Assembly: GCF_000281045.1 (NCBI RefSeq)
Contig: NW_008246071.1
Span: 433,912-497,911, forward strand
Direction of reading: 5' to 3'
Length of the DNA stretch: 64,000 bases
DNA from: Saprolegnia diclina VS20
Taxonomy: Eukaryota
Every line of letters begins with the position of its first letter. The stretch's first letter is position 1. Below are positions 14,271-34,718 of this stretch, one piece after another. The translations under genes were made by a program, and so were the position numbers. Under the pieces are notes generated by a model. The model was not told where the DNA came from, did not search any database, and was given only the letters and a program-made list of their open reading frames with translations.

Positions 14271-16277
14271 ATGGCGACGACGGCGCTGTACGCGGAGTTT
14301 GGTACGACAGCGCTTCTTTGGTACGATGGATGGCCATACGCAGGTCGGCGCTGGTAGACATTGACAAGGGCAGCACGCTCCGCGCGAGCTACCCGGCCGC
14401 GATCGACGCGCTCGAGGCGACGGTCCATCGGCCACCCGAGTTTTTCGCCGACATGATGCTGCCCGAGGGCGTCCACAACCGCGAAGAAGACTACACCGTC
14501 TTCTTCATTCACGAGCCCGAGAGCGTTCAGTATTGCTTGAGTGTCGTCAAGACCCAGCACGACGCCAACGTCCGCCGCGGCGCGCGAGTCAAGGCCGTCG
14601 CCATTAGCTCGTCGTACCAGGCACGCGCCCGCCTGTCGTGCCGACTGCTCGCTGAATATGGCATGTGTTGTAGTTTTGCTACGCCTTCAAGCCACTGGTC
14701 GTGATGGCCGTCGACAAGCTTTTTGCACTGCGCTTGGATGCACCCGAAGCCGCGACGACGGAGATCCTGCAAGGCCTCTTTGACGCGATCAACCGCGTCG
14801 ACGTCTCGGGCGTCACGTGCCTCCAGCGATCACCAGTCGAAGTGCGCTTGCTGAAGCGTTCGATGAGCGCCAAGCCCCTCAGTGGCGACATCCGCACGTC
14901 GGACGAGTGAATACTTTGATCCTACGGCGTTCAAGTCATGCAATCGACTACGATAGGTCGCTCGTCTTCAAGACGCAGGCGCTATGGGACGGCGCCAGCG
15001 TCCCGCTCCAGATCAAGCTCTGCAGCACGCACGACCAAGTACAAAACCAATCATTTTCAAAGCGGTATCGAGTCCCGATGTAGCACGAGGAAGGCTTGCT
15101 GCTCGACCTCATCGCCAAGTTTGGCGCCGAGACCATGACGCTGTACAACGCCGTCTTGACGGGCGCCCGCATCATCATGCTCGGCTACACCCTTCCCGCC
15201 GGTGCGCATGCGATGATACATGTGCTGCATTGGTTGCTTATTGGCATGTGGCAGGCGAAGTGTGCAACTACGTGCTCTCGATGAGTGCGCTCCTGTGCCC
15301 GCCGCTCGTCGGCGTCCTCTACCGGCAGTTCCCGTACGCCAACTTGACCGACTTGGCGTTCCTCGAAGTGCCGGGCTATATCGCCGGCGTCACCAACCCC
15401 ATGTTCAAGGGCAAGAAGGAGTGGTGGGACGTGCTCTGCGACCTCTCGAGCGGCGAGATCTTGACCAACCTCCCGATTGAGAAGGACGACGCCGACGCGT
15501 CCGACCACGACTTTATCCTCGAGGTACTACGTCGCAAGAGGCAAGCCGTGACGCGATCGAGATGGAGATAGGTCATGGACGGCATCGCGGCCGGCTTTAG
15601 CGAGGAGTGGGTGCGCTGCATGTTCGAAGACTACACGCGCCTCAACATCACCGACATTGTGACGGGCGAAGCGCACTTCATGGACCGTGACGCCCAAGGT
15701 CGGCGCACGGCCATCAACAACCGCCGCATCACCAAGTGGGCGCGCACTGAAAACTACGAGCGCTTCCAGGCTGCGCGCGCTGCGCTGGCGCCAACGACCC
15801 CGGCCTTTGACATATCCTTCTTTTCCGCTCTCTTTTCACCTTGGCTCTACGGTAACATGGGTGTCCTTGACGACGATGCTACGTTAAAGCACGGGGCGTC
15901 GACTTGCGCCGGCACCTCCAAGTGCTTCTGCACGAGCGTGTGCTAGACGATGCGCTCGTCGAGCTCATGTACGCCGACTTTGTGTCATTCCTGCACACGG
16001 AAGCCGAGCTCAAGGAGCTATTAAGCCACTTGCCGCGCGCCCGCGGTAGCTCCTGCGCGGTGCACATCATGCGCAACGATACTCGTGTGTAGGCGGGCTC
16101 CACGTGATCGCCCAAGGTCTCTTCCATGCGTCGTTCAGCGTCCAGTACAACACGATCGTCTTGCTCAAGCGCTGCGAAGCGTTTCCGGCGACGGCGACGG
16201 CCGTGACCAGCCTCAACCCGTTCGTGGCCATGACGTACGCGCGCCTGCACCGTTGCTTGGTCCAGCCCACCGTCTAG
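14271..16277 (+). CDS. Afi1/MesA-like (DENN-related) polarity/Arf-docking protein, multi-exon
   Basis: Spliced N-terminus ALYAEF|DIDKGS, FADMMLPEGVHNREEDYTVFF (Afi1-like); FPYANLTDLAFLEVPGYIAGVTNPMF (SPA-like domain); contains GC-AG and AT-AC introns. Confidence 0.82.
14621..14673 (+). other. GC-AG intron
   Basis: CAG|GCACGC...TGTAG|TTT; phase-0 removal joins SSSYQ to FCYAFKPLVVMAVDK; the nearby GT at 14614 gives the wrong phase. Confidence 0.75.
15812..15882 (+). other. U12-type (minor spliceosome) AT-AC intron, 71 nt
   Basis: 5' splice site ATATCCTTC, branch site TCCTTGAC at 15864-15871, 3' end GCTAC; removal joins PAFD|VKARGVDLRRHLQ in frame. Confidence 0.85.
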
Positions 16278-16771
16278 CACCATTCCATTCGACTACCATA
16301 GTGCATCATGTTCATCGTCGTCTTTGTCTTGTTGTGCTACCTTCCACATGCTGTCGTCGTTGCTGCTCGGACGTCGAGAGGAAGCGTCCCATTGTCATTT
16401 CCAGCGTTCAGATCGAAAACGCTCTACCGCTCGATTCCAGCTGGCATCACGCTGCCACTTGGCTTGGTCGCGTCGCGACGACGATGGCAAGCATCGCGGC
16501 CATTCATTGACGAGCTCGGCGAGGAGGATGGGCACGGCCGCGACTGCCTGGTCGCGTGCGTACTTGGCGTCGCTTATCGCAGCAGCTTGCGGACGCAGCT
16601 AACATCACCGCCAGCATAGCGCTGCCGCCACGTCGGCCGTTCGCGGCGACGGCGCGGCCGAGCACGGCCGGCGACGCCGACGCTGCGGTATCTTCACCGA
16701 CGATCCATCTGGCACGGGCGTTCTTTTTGGACCAATTTTGGCCAATCCGGTCGCGGGATTTCCCTGCCGTC

Positions 16772-26498
<9,727 letters not shown>

Positions 26499-26755
26499 AC
26501 ACGCCATGGGTTCATCTGTTACTATACACTTTTCCCATTTAAACTGTCGTCTGGTGGTGCCACGAGGGGTGCGCCATGTGTTTTCAGGGGACCTATTTCT
26601 CGTTGGGTGGGGCCTCGTGAAACGTAAGCATGACCCACGTTATCGCCCACCACGTGGGTAGGTAGGACCCATTCCGAAGTAGGGGGTCCTCTCATGGTTG
26701 AGGACGACCCTTGAAGATATCGGCGGATCTTGCACTTTCGACGCATTTCTGCAAG

Positions 26756-28021
26756 ATGAACCTCGGGATCCTCCACAACCGCCGGCCGGCGCCCAAGACG
26801 ACGAAGACCGCGGGGCCGCTTCCGATGCACAAGGTCGCAAGTCAAATGGGCGTCGACCCGGCGTCGCTCGGCACCGACGCGCAGCACATTTGGAGCATGC
26901 TCGACGACATGGCTGCGAATGACCACGCTGCGTACCAAGAGTTCATTGCGAGTCAGATGGAGGCGCAGGCCAAGGCGGGGCGCAAGAAGTTTACGCCCGT
27001 GCCAGGCTTTGTCATCAAGTACGCCGGTGCGTGTGACGGTACGTCGACGAAGAAGCTCTTTATCAACTGCTGCGCCCACGAGTGCGTCGCGCTGCCGACC
27101 AACCCCAACAACAACAAGGCCGTGCCCCGGGATACGCGCAGCGTCCCGAGCACGAGCAACTTGTCGATTCCGCTCGCGATCGGCGACGTTCGGACACGGA
27201 CGCTCGGCGGCGAGCTCTGCAGCGTCGTCGACGCCGTCTTCCACCCGTGGGTGCTGGAGCGGGCGGCGTGGGACGCCAAGTTCAAAATGGACGTCATGCA
27301 GCTCGCTAGTCACTGGGTTGAAGAAGAGAAGCTCCTCAAGCTCCAAAAGCCCGGTAAACTCATCAAGAGTCTATACAAGGGCGGTATCGGCGTCGGGGCC
27401 AAGGTCGTGCCCAACGACTTTTACGTACCCGAAGACAAGGATGGCAGCGAGACGCCAGCCACGAGCAAACAAAGCAACCAAGCCGACAACAATGCCAAAA
27501 CGCCGGTTACGCAGTTGATGGCGTCGCCAAAGGACCTGCTTCGATCCCTCGAGTCGCCTCCGTCCAACCAACTCGATGCCGCCAACGCCCCCTTTGAGCT
27601 ACAGACGACAGCTCCGCCCACAAAGAAAAAACTCATCGAAGACATCACGACCCCAGCCCCAGTCAAGGCAAAGAAGTCGGCGCCCGTGGTCAAAAAAGGG
27701 TTTCTCAACGCCACCAAGGCGCTGTTGTACCCGTCCGGGTCCACCGAAGGCAAGCCGGCGTCTGCTTACGTCAACCTTCTCCATCGCAGCAAAGTGGTGG
27801 ACCTCACGTCGTCGCCAATGGAGCCAAAAGCGGATCGGTCAGCGCCAGCCAATCCACCCAAGATGAAGGCCGCAGAGACGACCGTGGATGATGTTGAGTT
27901 TGAGCGTCTCTGTTTGGATGCCGAGCCCGAGTTGGCGCCGCGACAGCAAGCTGCCGTCGGTGGCGACCCACTCTTTAGCGATGATATGGCGCGCCTCTTC
28001 CTCCAAACGCTGCACAAGTAA
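26756..28021 (+). CDS. PIH1-domain co-chaperone (PIH1D2-like)
   Basis: IWSMLDDMAANDHAAYQEFIASQM, PVPGFVIK, KKLFINCC, IPLAIG, VVDAVFHP; intronless; oomycete Inr/FPR-like GCACTTTCGACGCATTTCTGC just before the ATG. Confidence 0.85.
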   Translation: MNLGILHNRRPAPKTTKTAGPLPMHKVASQMGVDPASLGTDAQHIWSMLDDMAANDHAAYQEFIASQMEAQAKAGRKKFTPVPGFVIKYAGACDGTSTKKLFINCCAHECVALPTNPNNNKAVPRDTRSVPSTSNLSIPLAIGDVRTRTLGGELCSVVDAVFHPWVLERAAWDAKFKMDVMQLASHWVEEEKLLKLQKPGKLIKSLYKGGIGVGAKVVPNDFYVPEDKDGSETPATSKQSNQADNNAKTPVTQLMASPKDLLRSLESPPSNQLDAANAPFELQTTAPPTKKKLIEDITTPAPVKAKKSAPVVKKGFLNATKALLYPSGSTEGKPASAYVNLLHRSKVVDLTSSPMEPKADRSAPANPPKMKAAETTVDDVEFERLCLDAEPELAPRQQAAVGGDPLFSDDMARLFLQTLHK

Positions 28022-28800
28022 CCTGTGCAAGCCACGTTCTGGGTGCTTTAGCTGGGTAGAGTAGCCCAGCTTCAACCGCGAGGACAACCACAAACCACCA
28101 CAAATAAAAACTCTTCGCTGCCTATGGGCATTACTCTCACCCTGATTCGACCAGATGTGTGCCAACCAATTGGCATCCCACATACGAATCGTGCCACTCT
28201 TGCGGGGTGTGATCCGATGAGAGGAGCCAAGGCCGTCGCCACACCGTCATCATGGGCAAACGACGGCCTGGACAAAACATGCAAGCACGACAGCGGCGGA
28301 TGCGGCGCGAGGGCTTGCTGTTTCCTAAATGTTGATCTCCGGAGCTCCGTGGAGCAATGGCAACTGGCTGGATTCGTAGAAATAAGAAATAGAGGATACG
28401 CAATCAATTAATTCCCAACCAAGTGCTGCTGTGGTTGATACCTTGGTTCAGCGTGCTGCTGAGCTGCTGTGGTGCGTCGCGGGAGAATCTCGTTCGTGGG
28501 AGGAATCTGGCGCGCATCTTTACTCCAAGCCACCCAAGTAGCTCGTGGTCCACAGCGCGCGACCCGTGGTCCACGAGGCGTGTTATATTACTCACGGGTC
28601 CCACCCTCTGGCAACAATACTCGAAGCTCCTGCCACAAGAACTCGCCGCCGGATTGCTGGTCGACAGGAATTCAGTCGTTTAGTCAAACGGCGCGTTCGT
28701 CGCTGGATTGGATCCGACGACGTTGCCACCGTGCATACAAACGCCAAGACATTGGGTTGGAAGAATAAATAAAAACCAATAAATTAGACGTCGCGACCGA

Positions 28801-29556
28801 CTAAAACGACGGCGTCGGAAAGTTGCGCGACGAGCGCAGGAGGAGCGCGTCGAGCTTGGACGGCTTGGAGCAGCTCGTGGGGCTGCGGTCCACGTCTTCG
28901 TCTGCCGTCCCGAGGATCGTCGGCGCCGACGCGAACGAGACGGACTTCTTCGTCGTCGCCTTCTTGGCCGGCGACGACGTCGAGTGGAGGAGTGCATAGT
29001 CGATGCTGAGCTTCTGGTACTTGAGGTGGAAGCGGCGCATGTAGACTTCAGACGTCTTGAGGACGTGGACGGCCTCCTCTTGCTTGTTGTCGTGCCAAAG
29101 GTTGGCGCCCTGCTCGCGCGAGAGCACCATGGCCTTCCAGAGCAGCTTGACGTCGCGCACAGCGTTTTCGTAGCAGGTCGCGACCGCCGCCGTGTCCAGG
29201 ACGTCGTCGTGAACCGCGTCCGCGACCTGCCACTTGGCGCTTTCCCAGAGGCTGTCGGCCGTGACAGTCAACGGCGCGTGGTCCTTGACCTTGGCGAGGA
29301 GCATCTGAATGCGCTCAAAGCAAATCGAAAGGAAGCGGAGGCAGCGCGCGTCCGAGAAGAGACCGGCGCGGCGCATGACGGCGAGCTCCTTCGCGATCGC
29401 AATCAGATTCTTCTCGATGACGACGTTGTTCATGTCCGAGAGGCAGGCCTCGGCGACGAGGCTCTTGAGCTTGAGCGAGAGCGCGAGGTTGTCGAGGTCC
29501 TTGGTCTCGGTGCTGCGCTTGCGCTTCCGCGACGTGGTGGCTTCAGCGGCCGACAT
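28801..29556 (-). CDS. Uncharacterised 251-aa protein, paralogue of 13271-13981, with NLS-like RKRKR and KSVSF-PhiPhi-R motif
   Basis: Intronless ORF; LSLKLKSLVAEACLSDMNNVVIEKNLIAIAKEL versus LAFKLRSLVVEAHLSDLNASVIEKNLVAIANEL in the paralogue. Confidence 0.85.
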   Translation of the reverse strand: MSAAEATTSRKRKRSTETKDLDNLALSLKLKSLVAEACLSDMNNVVIEKNLIAIAKELAVMRRAGLFSDARCLRFLSICFERIQMLLAKVKDHAPLTVTADSLWESAKWQVADAVHDDVLDTAAVATCYENAVRDVKLLWKAMVLSREQGANLWHDNKQEEAVHVLKTSEVYMRRFHLKYQKLSIDYALLHSTSSPAKKATTKKSVSFASAPTILGTADEDVDRSPTSCSKPSKLDALLLRSSRNFPTPSF

Positions 29557-29700
29557 CTTGGTTCTTAGTTGGCAGGTCGAAAATGAATTTGAACACGACG
29601 TCGAGCATGTGGGCAAATTGCACTTGGAGCGATGACGGGGTCAGAGCCAGTTGGTTGACAAAGACGCTGCTGCCTCCACCAACTGGTGCCATGCTTCGAG

Positions 29701-30531
29701 CCAATCGTATGGATGGAGCCCGCGTCTCTAGGTTCTGATTGGCCAAACGGTTGGATGACTCGCACGCATCTGGCGGTTGCCAAAGATTCAAGTTGGGAAA
29801 TGTATGTGCATTTTCCACGTGGGTGGTGCAGCTTGTGCCAATTGCGTGGTTTTGCGCCACGTGGGTTTTGCGTGTTTATTGCCCCCGTTGATACAAATCG
29901 CGAGATGTGCATTCACTGGGCGTGCTCGTTGGGTGCTTTCGACCAATCACCGAACGCGGCTGCACAGACGCGCACCTCAATCCACCGTCGTCGCGCACCG
30001 ATTGGCCAAAATCGGCTTGACGCGGACGTCGCCGTTCCCGCCACCCAGTCCCTTGCAGCCTCCGTGATGTGGCCGTCGGCGCGAACGTGGATTGATGTGG
30101 CCAGGCCGTCGTCCGACACGAACGGCGAGCGGTCGGCCGACCACTCACTGGCGCTGGACCATCAGTCTAGCGGCGTCATGATTTTTGTCGCGCTGAATCT
30201 GTATGATCGTTGAAAATGGTTAGTAAAGGGCCGGGACACGCCGCTGATCGCTCTCAAAAATGTCCAAGCAAATGTAATGGTGTATGCTCGCGCTTCGGCT
30301 ACTCAGAGGCTTTTTCGCCGACGCCTTCGCGCGCGTTCGCCAACGGGTCCGACGACGGCGACGCTCCAAGATTGCGGATACACGATGTGCCACGACGACG
30401 GGTCACGCAGTAATCATCACTGGTCGGACAGCACTTCTCGAATCTTGCCCAATTGATTCGTCAAGCCAATGAAGTCGCCTTCAACCGAAACCGCGCGTTG
30501 GTTGGTCCGATGCAGATGGATTTTGACCAAT
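29701..30531. promoter_or_regulatory. CCAAT-box-rich divergent promoter
   Basis: CCAAT/ATTGG at 29701, 29738, 29838, 29943, 30001, 30449, 30466 and 30527, between head-to-head genes. Confidence 0.5.
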
Positions 30532-30588
30532 GAGCGACCGGACAACAGATCCGCGTTCTCGTGACGCACGGCCGGGAGCAGCTGCAGC

Positions 30589-31677
30589 ATGGCGGACGAC
30601 GGCCACGAGACGCCGCTGCTTGAACACGAAGCACTTGACGCCCCGCGCAAGCCGCGCCTCAACTCGGGCGACCGCGCCTGCGTCTCCATCTTCTCGCTCG
30701 TGGCGCTCAGCGTCTGCGTGGCAGGCCCATCGGCGCTCTGGACGCCGCCGCCTGTCCTGCTGTCGCCGACCACATATCTGGACCTGACATGGCACCAGTG
30801 GACAGAGCCCAGTGGCCATGACCTTCGACAAAGCGTGTTGGCGCCGACGCTGGCGTCGCTTGAAGGCGTGGACCTGGCGCCGTTCAGCTATGCCACGTAC
30901 CGCACGTCGTGGCCGCCAGCGCAGTCGTTCAACTTGAGCGTTCGCTCGGCCACCGACGATGTGTACCTCGTCTTCGCCGCCAACGCAACGTTCAAGGCCT
31001 ATGTCGCGACGCACGACGCCCGCCACAAGAACATGATGCGCCACGAGACGCAACTTGTAGCAGGTGGCGCCACCTCCCCCTCGGCAACTGTCGAGATCGT
31101 CCGAGCAACTGGCGGCGATACAGGTTGCGCATCTGCGAGACAAGAGCAAAATTCATTGACACATGCTGCTCTAGGCTTGCAGCGTGGACCATCCCTTGTC
31201 TCGGCCACCTGGGACGAGGCGCGCGAGCTCAGCGAGTGGACGCTCGAGCCGGGCCTCGTCGGCGAGCATCTGCGCATGTACGACCTCTGAATTTTTTGAT
31301 CCAGTGGCCATGGACGCCATGCATTAGAGTCGAGGCGACATGGATGGCTGCAGTGCCCTGGCAGCGCTCCACGAGCGGGCCTCTGCCGCCGCTCACGTGG
31401 CTTCGCACCGTGGTGCAGAGCCACGACGACGGCCGCCACGGGCAGTTGGCGCTGGACGCGATCGGGCTGAGCCATGGCAGTATCTATTGGAATGGGCGGC
31501 GCCTCGGGCGCTACGAGGGCAACGCGACGGCCGAGTTTGCCGTGCGCGTGGCGTCGGTACGTCCATTCCAGCTTTGATGTGCCGCCTCCAATATCTTCTG
31601 GCGTGTGTAGACCAACGACTTGGTGCTGCTCGACGAGCGCGGTGTCGAGACCCTCAACCCGCGTCGCCTCCGTGTAA
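30589..31677 (+). CDS. Membrane-anchored protein consisting of GH35 beta-galactosidase C-terminal beta-sandwich domains, without a catalytic domain; multi-exon
   Basis: N-terminal ETPLL and hydrophobic segment ACVSIFSLVALSVCVAG; WTLEPGLVGEHLRI, PLTWLRT, LALDAIGLSHGSIYWNGRRLGRY, NDLVLLDE resemble GH35 C-terminal blocks. Confidence 0.72.
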
Positions 31678-31737
31678 CGCTGCGCATGCCATAATAAACA
31701 CACGAGACATGTCAACTTGAAATCTTGATACTGTCGC

Positions 31738-34454
31738 TTACGACTGCTTGTCGAGGCGCTCGAAGCGGGCGCGCGTCTACACAAAAGACGATCCAAGCAG
31801 ATCTTCCATGAGCGGGCGCGTTGCACAGTGCTAGGACAAGCCACAGACACATGCAAGATACCAGATGACTAATCTTCTCGCGCTGCGTCGACGCGGCCAG
31901 CACCGACGGGTTGGACGCCAGCGACGTGCCGCCTACACACACCACCGTTGCGCACTGCCTTGCCATACAAAATAGCACGGTACCCAGGCCAGAGGTATCG
32001 CCCGTGATCTTGCCGACGGCCGCAATCGGCGCCGTGATCCCGGTCCCGAGCTTGCCGAGGCCCTCGCCGGCGTTCCAGCCCATCATCTTGAGCATCTTGC
32101 CGCCAATGTTCGACGCCTCGTCGAGGGGCTTGTCCACGTGGGACACCTCGGTCACCACCGGCGCGGGCGTCGAGATCGGCTCACCCCGCTCCACGACCCG
32201 CTCGCGCACCTAGATTACTTTGACATCCCGCGACTTTGTGGTGGAGAGCGTACGGGCACAGCCGCTTGCTTGGCTTTGAGTACGTTTTGCTTGTGCAAGT
32301 CCGAGAGTTGTTCGTGCTTTTGCAGCTGTGCGTGCGAGTTGAACTTGCGCCGACAAAGCTACGAGTCGCGTCATGATGCAGGTCCGTAGATACAAGGGTG
32401 TACCAAGCAGACAGCCGGCGCCGACGGCTCGAGAGGCGTCGTCACCACATCGGCCACGGGCGCCGTCGCCACGTCGATCGATTGCTGGTGCGACCACTTG
32501 GCGATCTCATCTGCGTGCTTCTTCTTGACCGTGCCCGTGTGCAGTGTGGACGCTGGCATCGGCTGCGGCGGCAAGGCGACCGGCGCGCCCAAGGGCTTGG
32601 ACCTACGACGCAGGATGGTTGATCATCAAGGAGCGAGTAGGTTGCGTACGCCGACGCCTTGATGCCAAACGAAATGTTAAGCGCGGCTTTGCCCTTGGTC
32701 TTCTTCTTTGTCGACGCAGACGCAGACGTCGGCACCGGGGCGTCGTCGGTCGGCGCTGGCGGCTCAAACACGCGAAACATCGACACGTCGTACATGTAGT
32801 AGACGCCCGTGTAGCTGTTGTAGTACGTCTTGGTGCTTGGGTCGTAGTAAAACATACTGTCGGCGTCGTAGTAGAGTCCTAACCGCATTTGCATCAGCGA
32901 CGTTAAGACAGCGAGCAGATACCGCTCTCGGCGACAAACACAAAGCTGCCGCCGGCCTCTTCGAACGAGAGCGGCCACGTCTTGCGCGGCGTCGCCGGCG
33001 TCTGCACGGCCGCCGCCGCGCTGTCGACGAGCGCGTCAACATCCAGCGCGCTTGCAACCTACGTTGTATGTGACGTTTGCGCTTCCATTGTGACGCGGAC
33101 CTGGCTCGTGTACTGGGTGCACATGCTCCACTGCGCTTGCTCCATCGCCGCCGCCACGAGGGCTTGCACGTTGCCGCCGCTCATGCCTGCAATAAGATAT
33201 ATCAGTTCGCCGTGGAGGGAGATACGCAGGACGTACCGAACGCGCGGGGTGCCATGTGGCCAGACTCTTGCGCAAACGCGACGCGGAGGGTCGTGCCAAG
33301 GAAGAAGACGTCGGGGCCGAGCGCGGCCAGGGCGGACGTGGCCAGCTGGAGGCAGGACAAATGTAAGAGCTCCGAGATGATGAAGAGAGGCCGCGAACTT
33401 CAACAGAGTCAAACTCGGCGAATCCAAAGCCGCGCGAGACGTTGGTGATGCGGTCGCGCACCAAGCGCACTTCCTTGAGGCCCATGGCGTTCACAAAGAG
33501 ATGCGCGAGCTAGAGACGCGCGTGCGTTTCGCGGTCGATTTGCGACAACGCACCTCGGTCTCGGTCGCGGTCGGTGGCAGCGCGCGGACGACCAGAATGT
33601 GCGACGGTCCGCTGTGCGCCTCGAACCCGCCTTGCGGAACGTCGATCGAGTGCTCCGACTTGGGGTACCCGCACTTGAAGCACGCAACGCGCTTGGCAAA
33701 GTTAGACACGTGGCACTACGAGATGCAAGTAAGACACACAACTATAAGCTTTGAGGACGTACCATTTCGCAGAGCCAGTCGCAGCGCAGTGGCGGCGCAA
33801 ACGACTTGGTCTTGGGCGTCTCCGAGTACCCGATGGCGACGCCGCGGCCAAATATGATGAGCGGCTCCTTGGCGTAGTGCTGCACGACGTACTGGGCGCT
33901 TTCGACGCTCGAAAAATCGACAAAGGCAAAGCCGCGGCTCTCGCCCGTGACCTACACACCGTGAGCCTCGACGCGCCCAGCGCCCACGACCTTGTTGGTG
34001 ATGATGCGCACAAACTGCGGCCCAAAGGGCGCCAGGATGCTCGCGAGCTACATAGGCGCGTCGTGAAGAGCCCCAGCAATGGCGTTGGAGCTGGTACCTC
34101 GGCGTTCGTGAGAGCGAATGGCAGGCCTTTGAGCATGAGGCTCGACGTGGGCTCGATATGGCGAGGCTGCTCCGCGTAGCCGTCGGACGACGTATGCGAC
34201 GGCCGGCCCGACGTAGCACGACCCCCATCGTCGCCTTGATGCATCGTTTGCTGGTCTTTCCAGTTGCCATCCATGTCGCGCGGTGGCCGCCGGTCGTCGT
34301 CGTACCGGCGCCGCTTGGACGCGTCGCGACTTCGGCTTCGACTGCGACTGCGGCTGCGACTGCGACGGCCGCGACTTCGGCTCCGACTACGACGCGAGTC
34401 CCGGCGGCCGTCGTCACGGGACCCACTGCGCTCCCAGCCACTACCCGACTTCAT
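31738..34454 (-). CDS. RBM5/RBM10-like splicing regulator (RS region, RRM, RanBP2 zinc finger, RRM, OCRE, C2H2, G-patch); multi-exon
   Basis: RS repeats, SRGFAFVDF, NFAKRVACFKC, SRGFGFAEF, GLYYDADSMFYYDPSTKTYYNSYTG (OCRE), SNIGGKMLKMMGWNAGEGLGK (G-patch), ends TRARFERLDKQS*. Confidence 0.9.
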
Positions 34455-34718
34455 CGATTTATGCAAAAATGGAACTTGCCGGTTAGTACACTTGCGCCAG
34501 TCAGCGCATACAAAAAGCAAGTCATTTCCATCGCCGATATCTTGGCCCATGGCGCCAAGTTCGCTGAACGACGAGGAAACCATCCACTTGCTCGTCGCAT
34601 TGGCAGCGCTCCTATGCATGCTATGCTCCGAGGCGACGTATGACAGGTACATGCAGCCACGCATGGCTCCTGGTTCATGGTGCAAAGGCGAGATGTGTAC
34701 AGGGCAGTTAGACACCAC

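Noticed and set aside
26540..26700. Short inverted repeats (CACGAGG/CCTCGTG, AGGACCC/GGGTCCT) between the BEACH and PIH1 genes
   Set aside because: 7-bp stems are expected by chance at this GC content, and no ribozyme or snRNA consensus is present.
34327..34395. (CGACTG/CGGCTG)-type hexamer repeat
   Set aside because: It simply encodes the RS domain of the RBM5/10-like protein.
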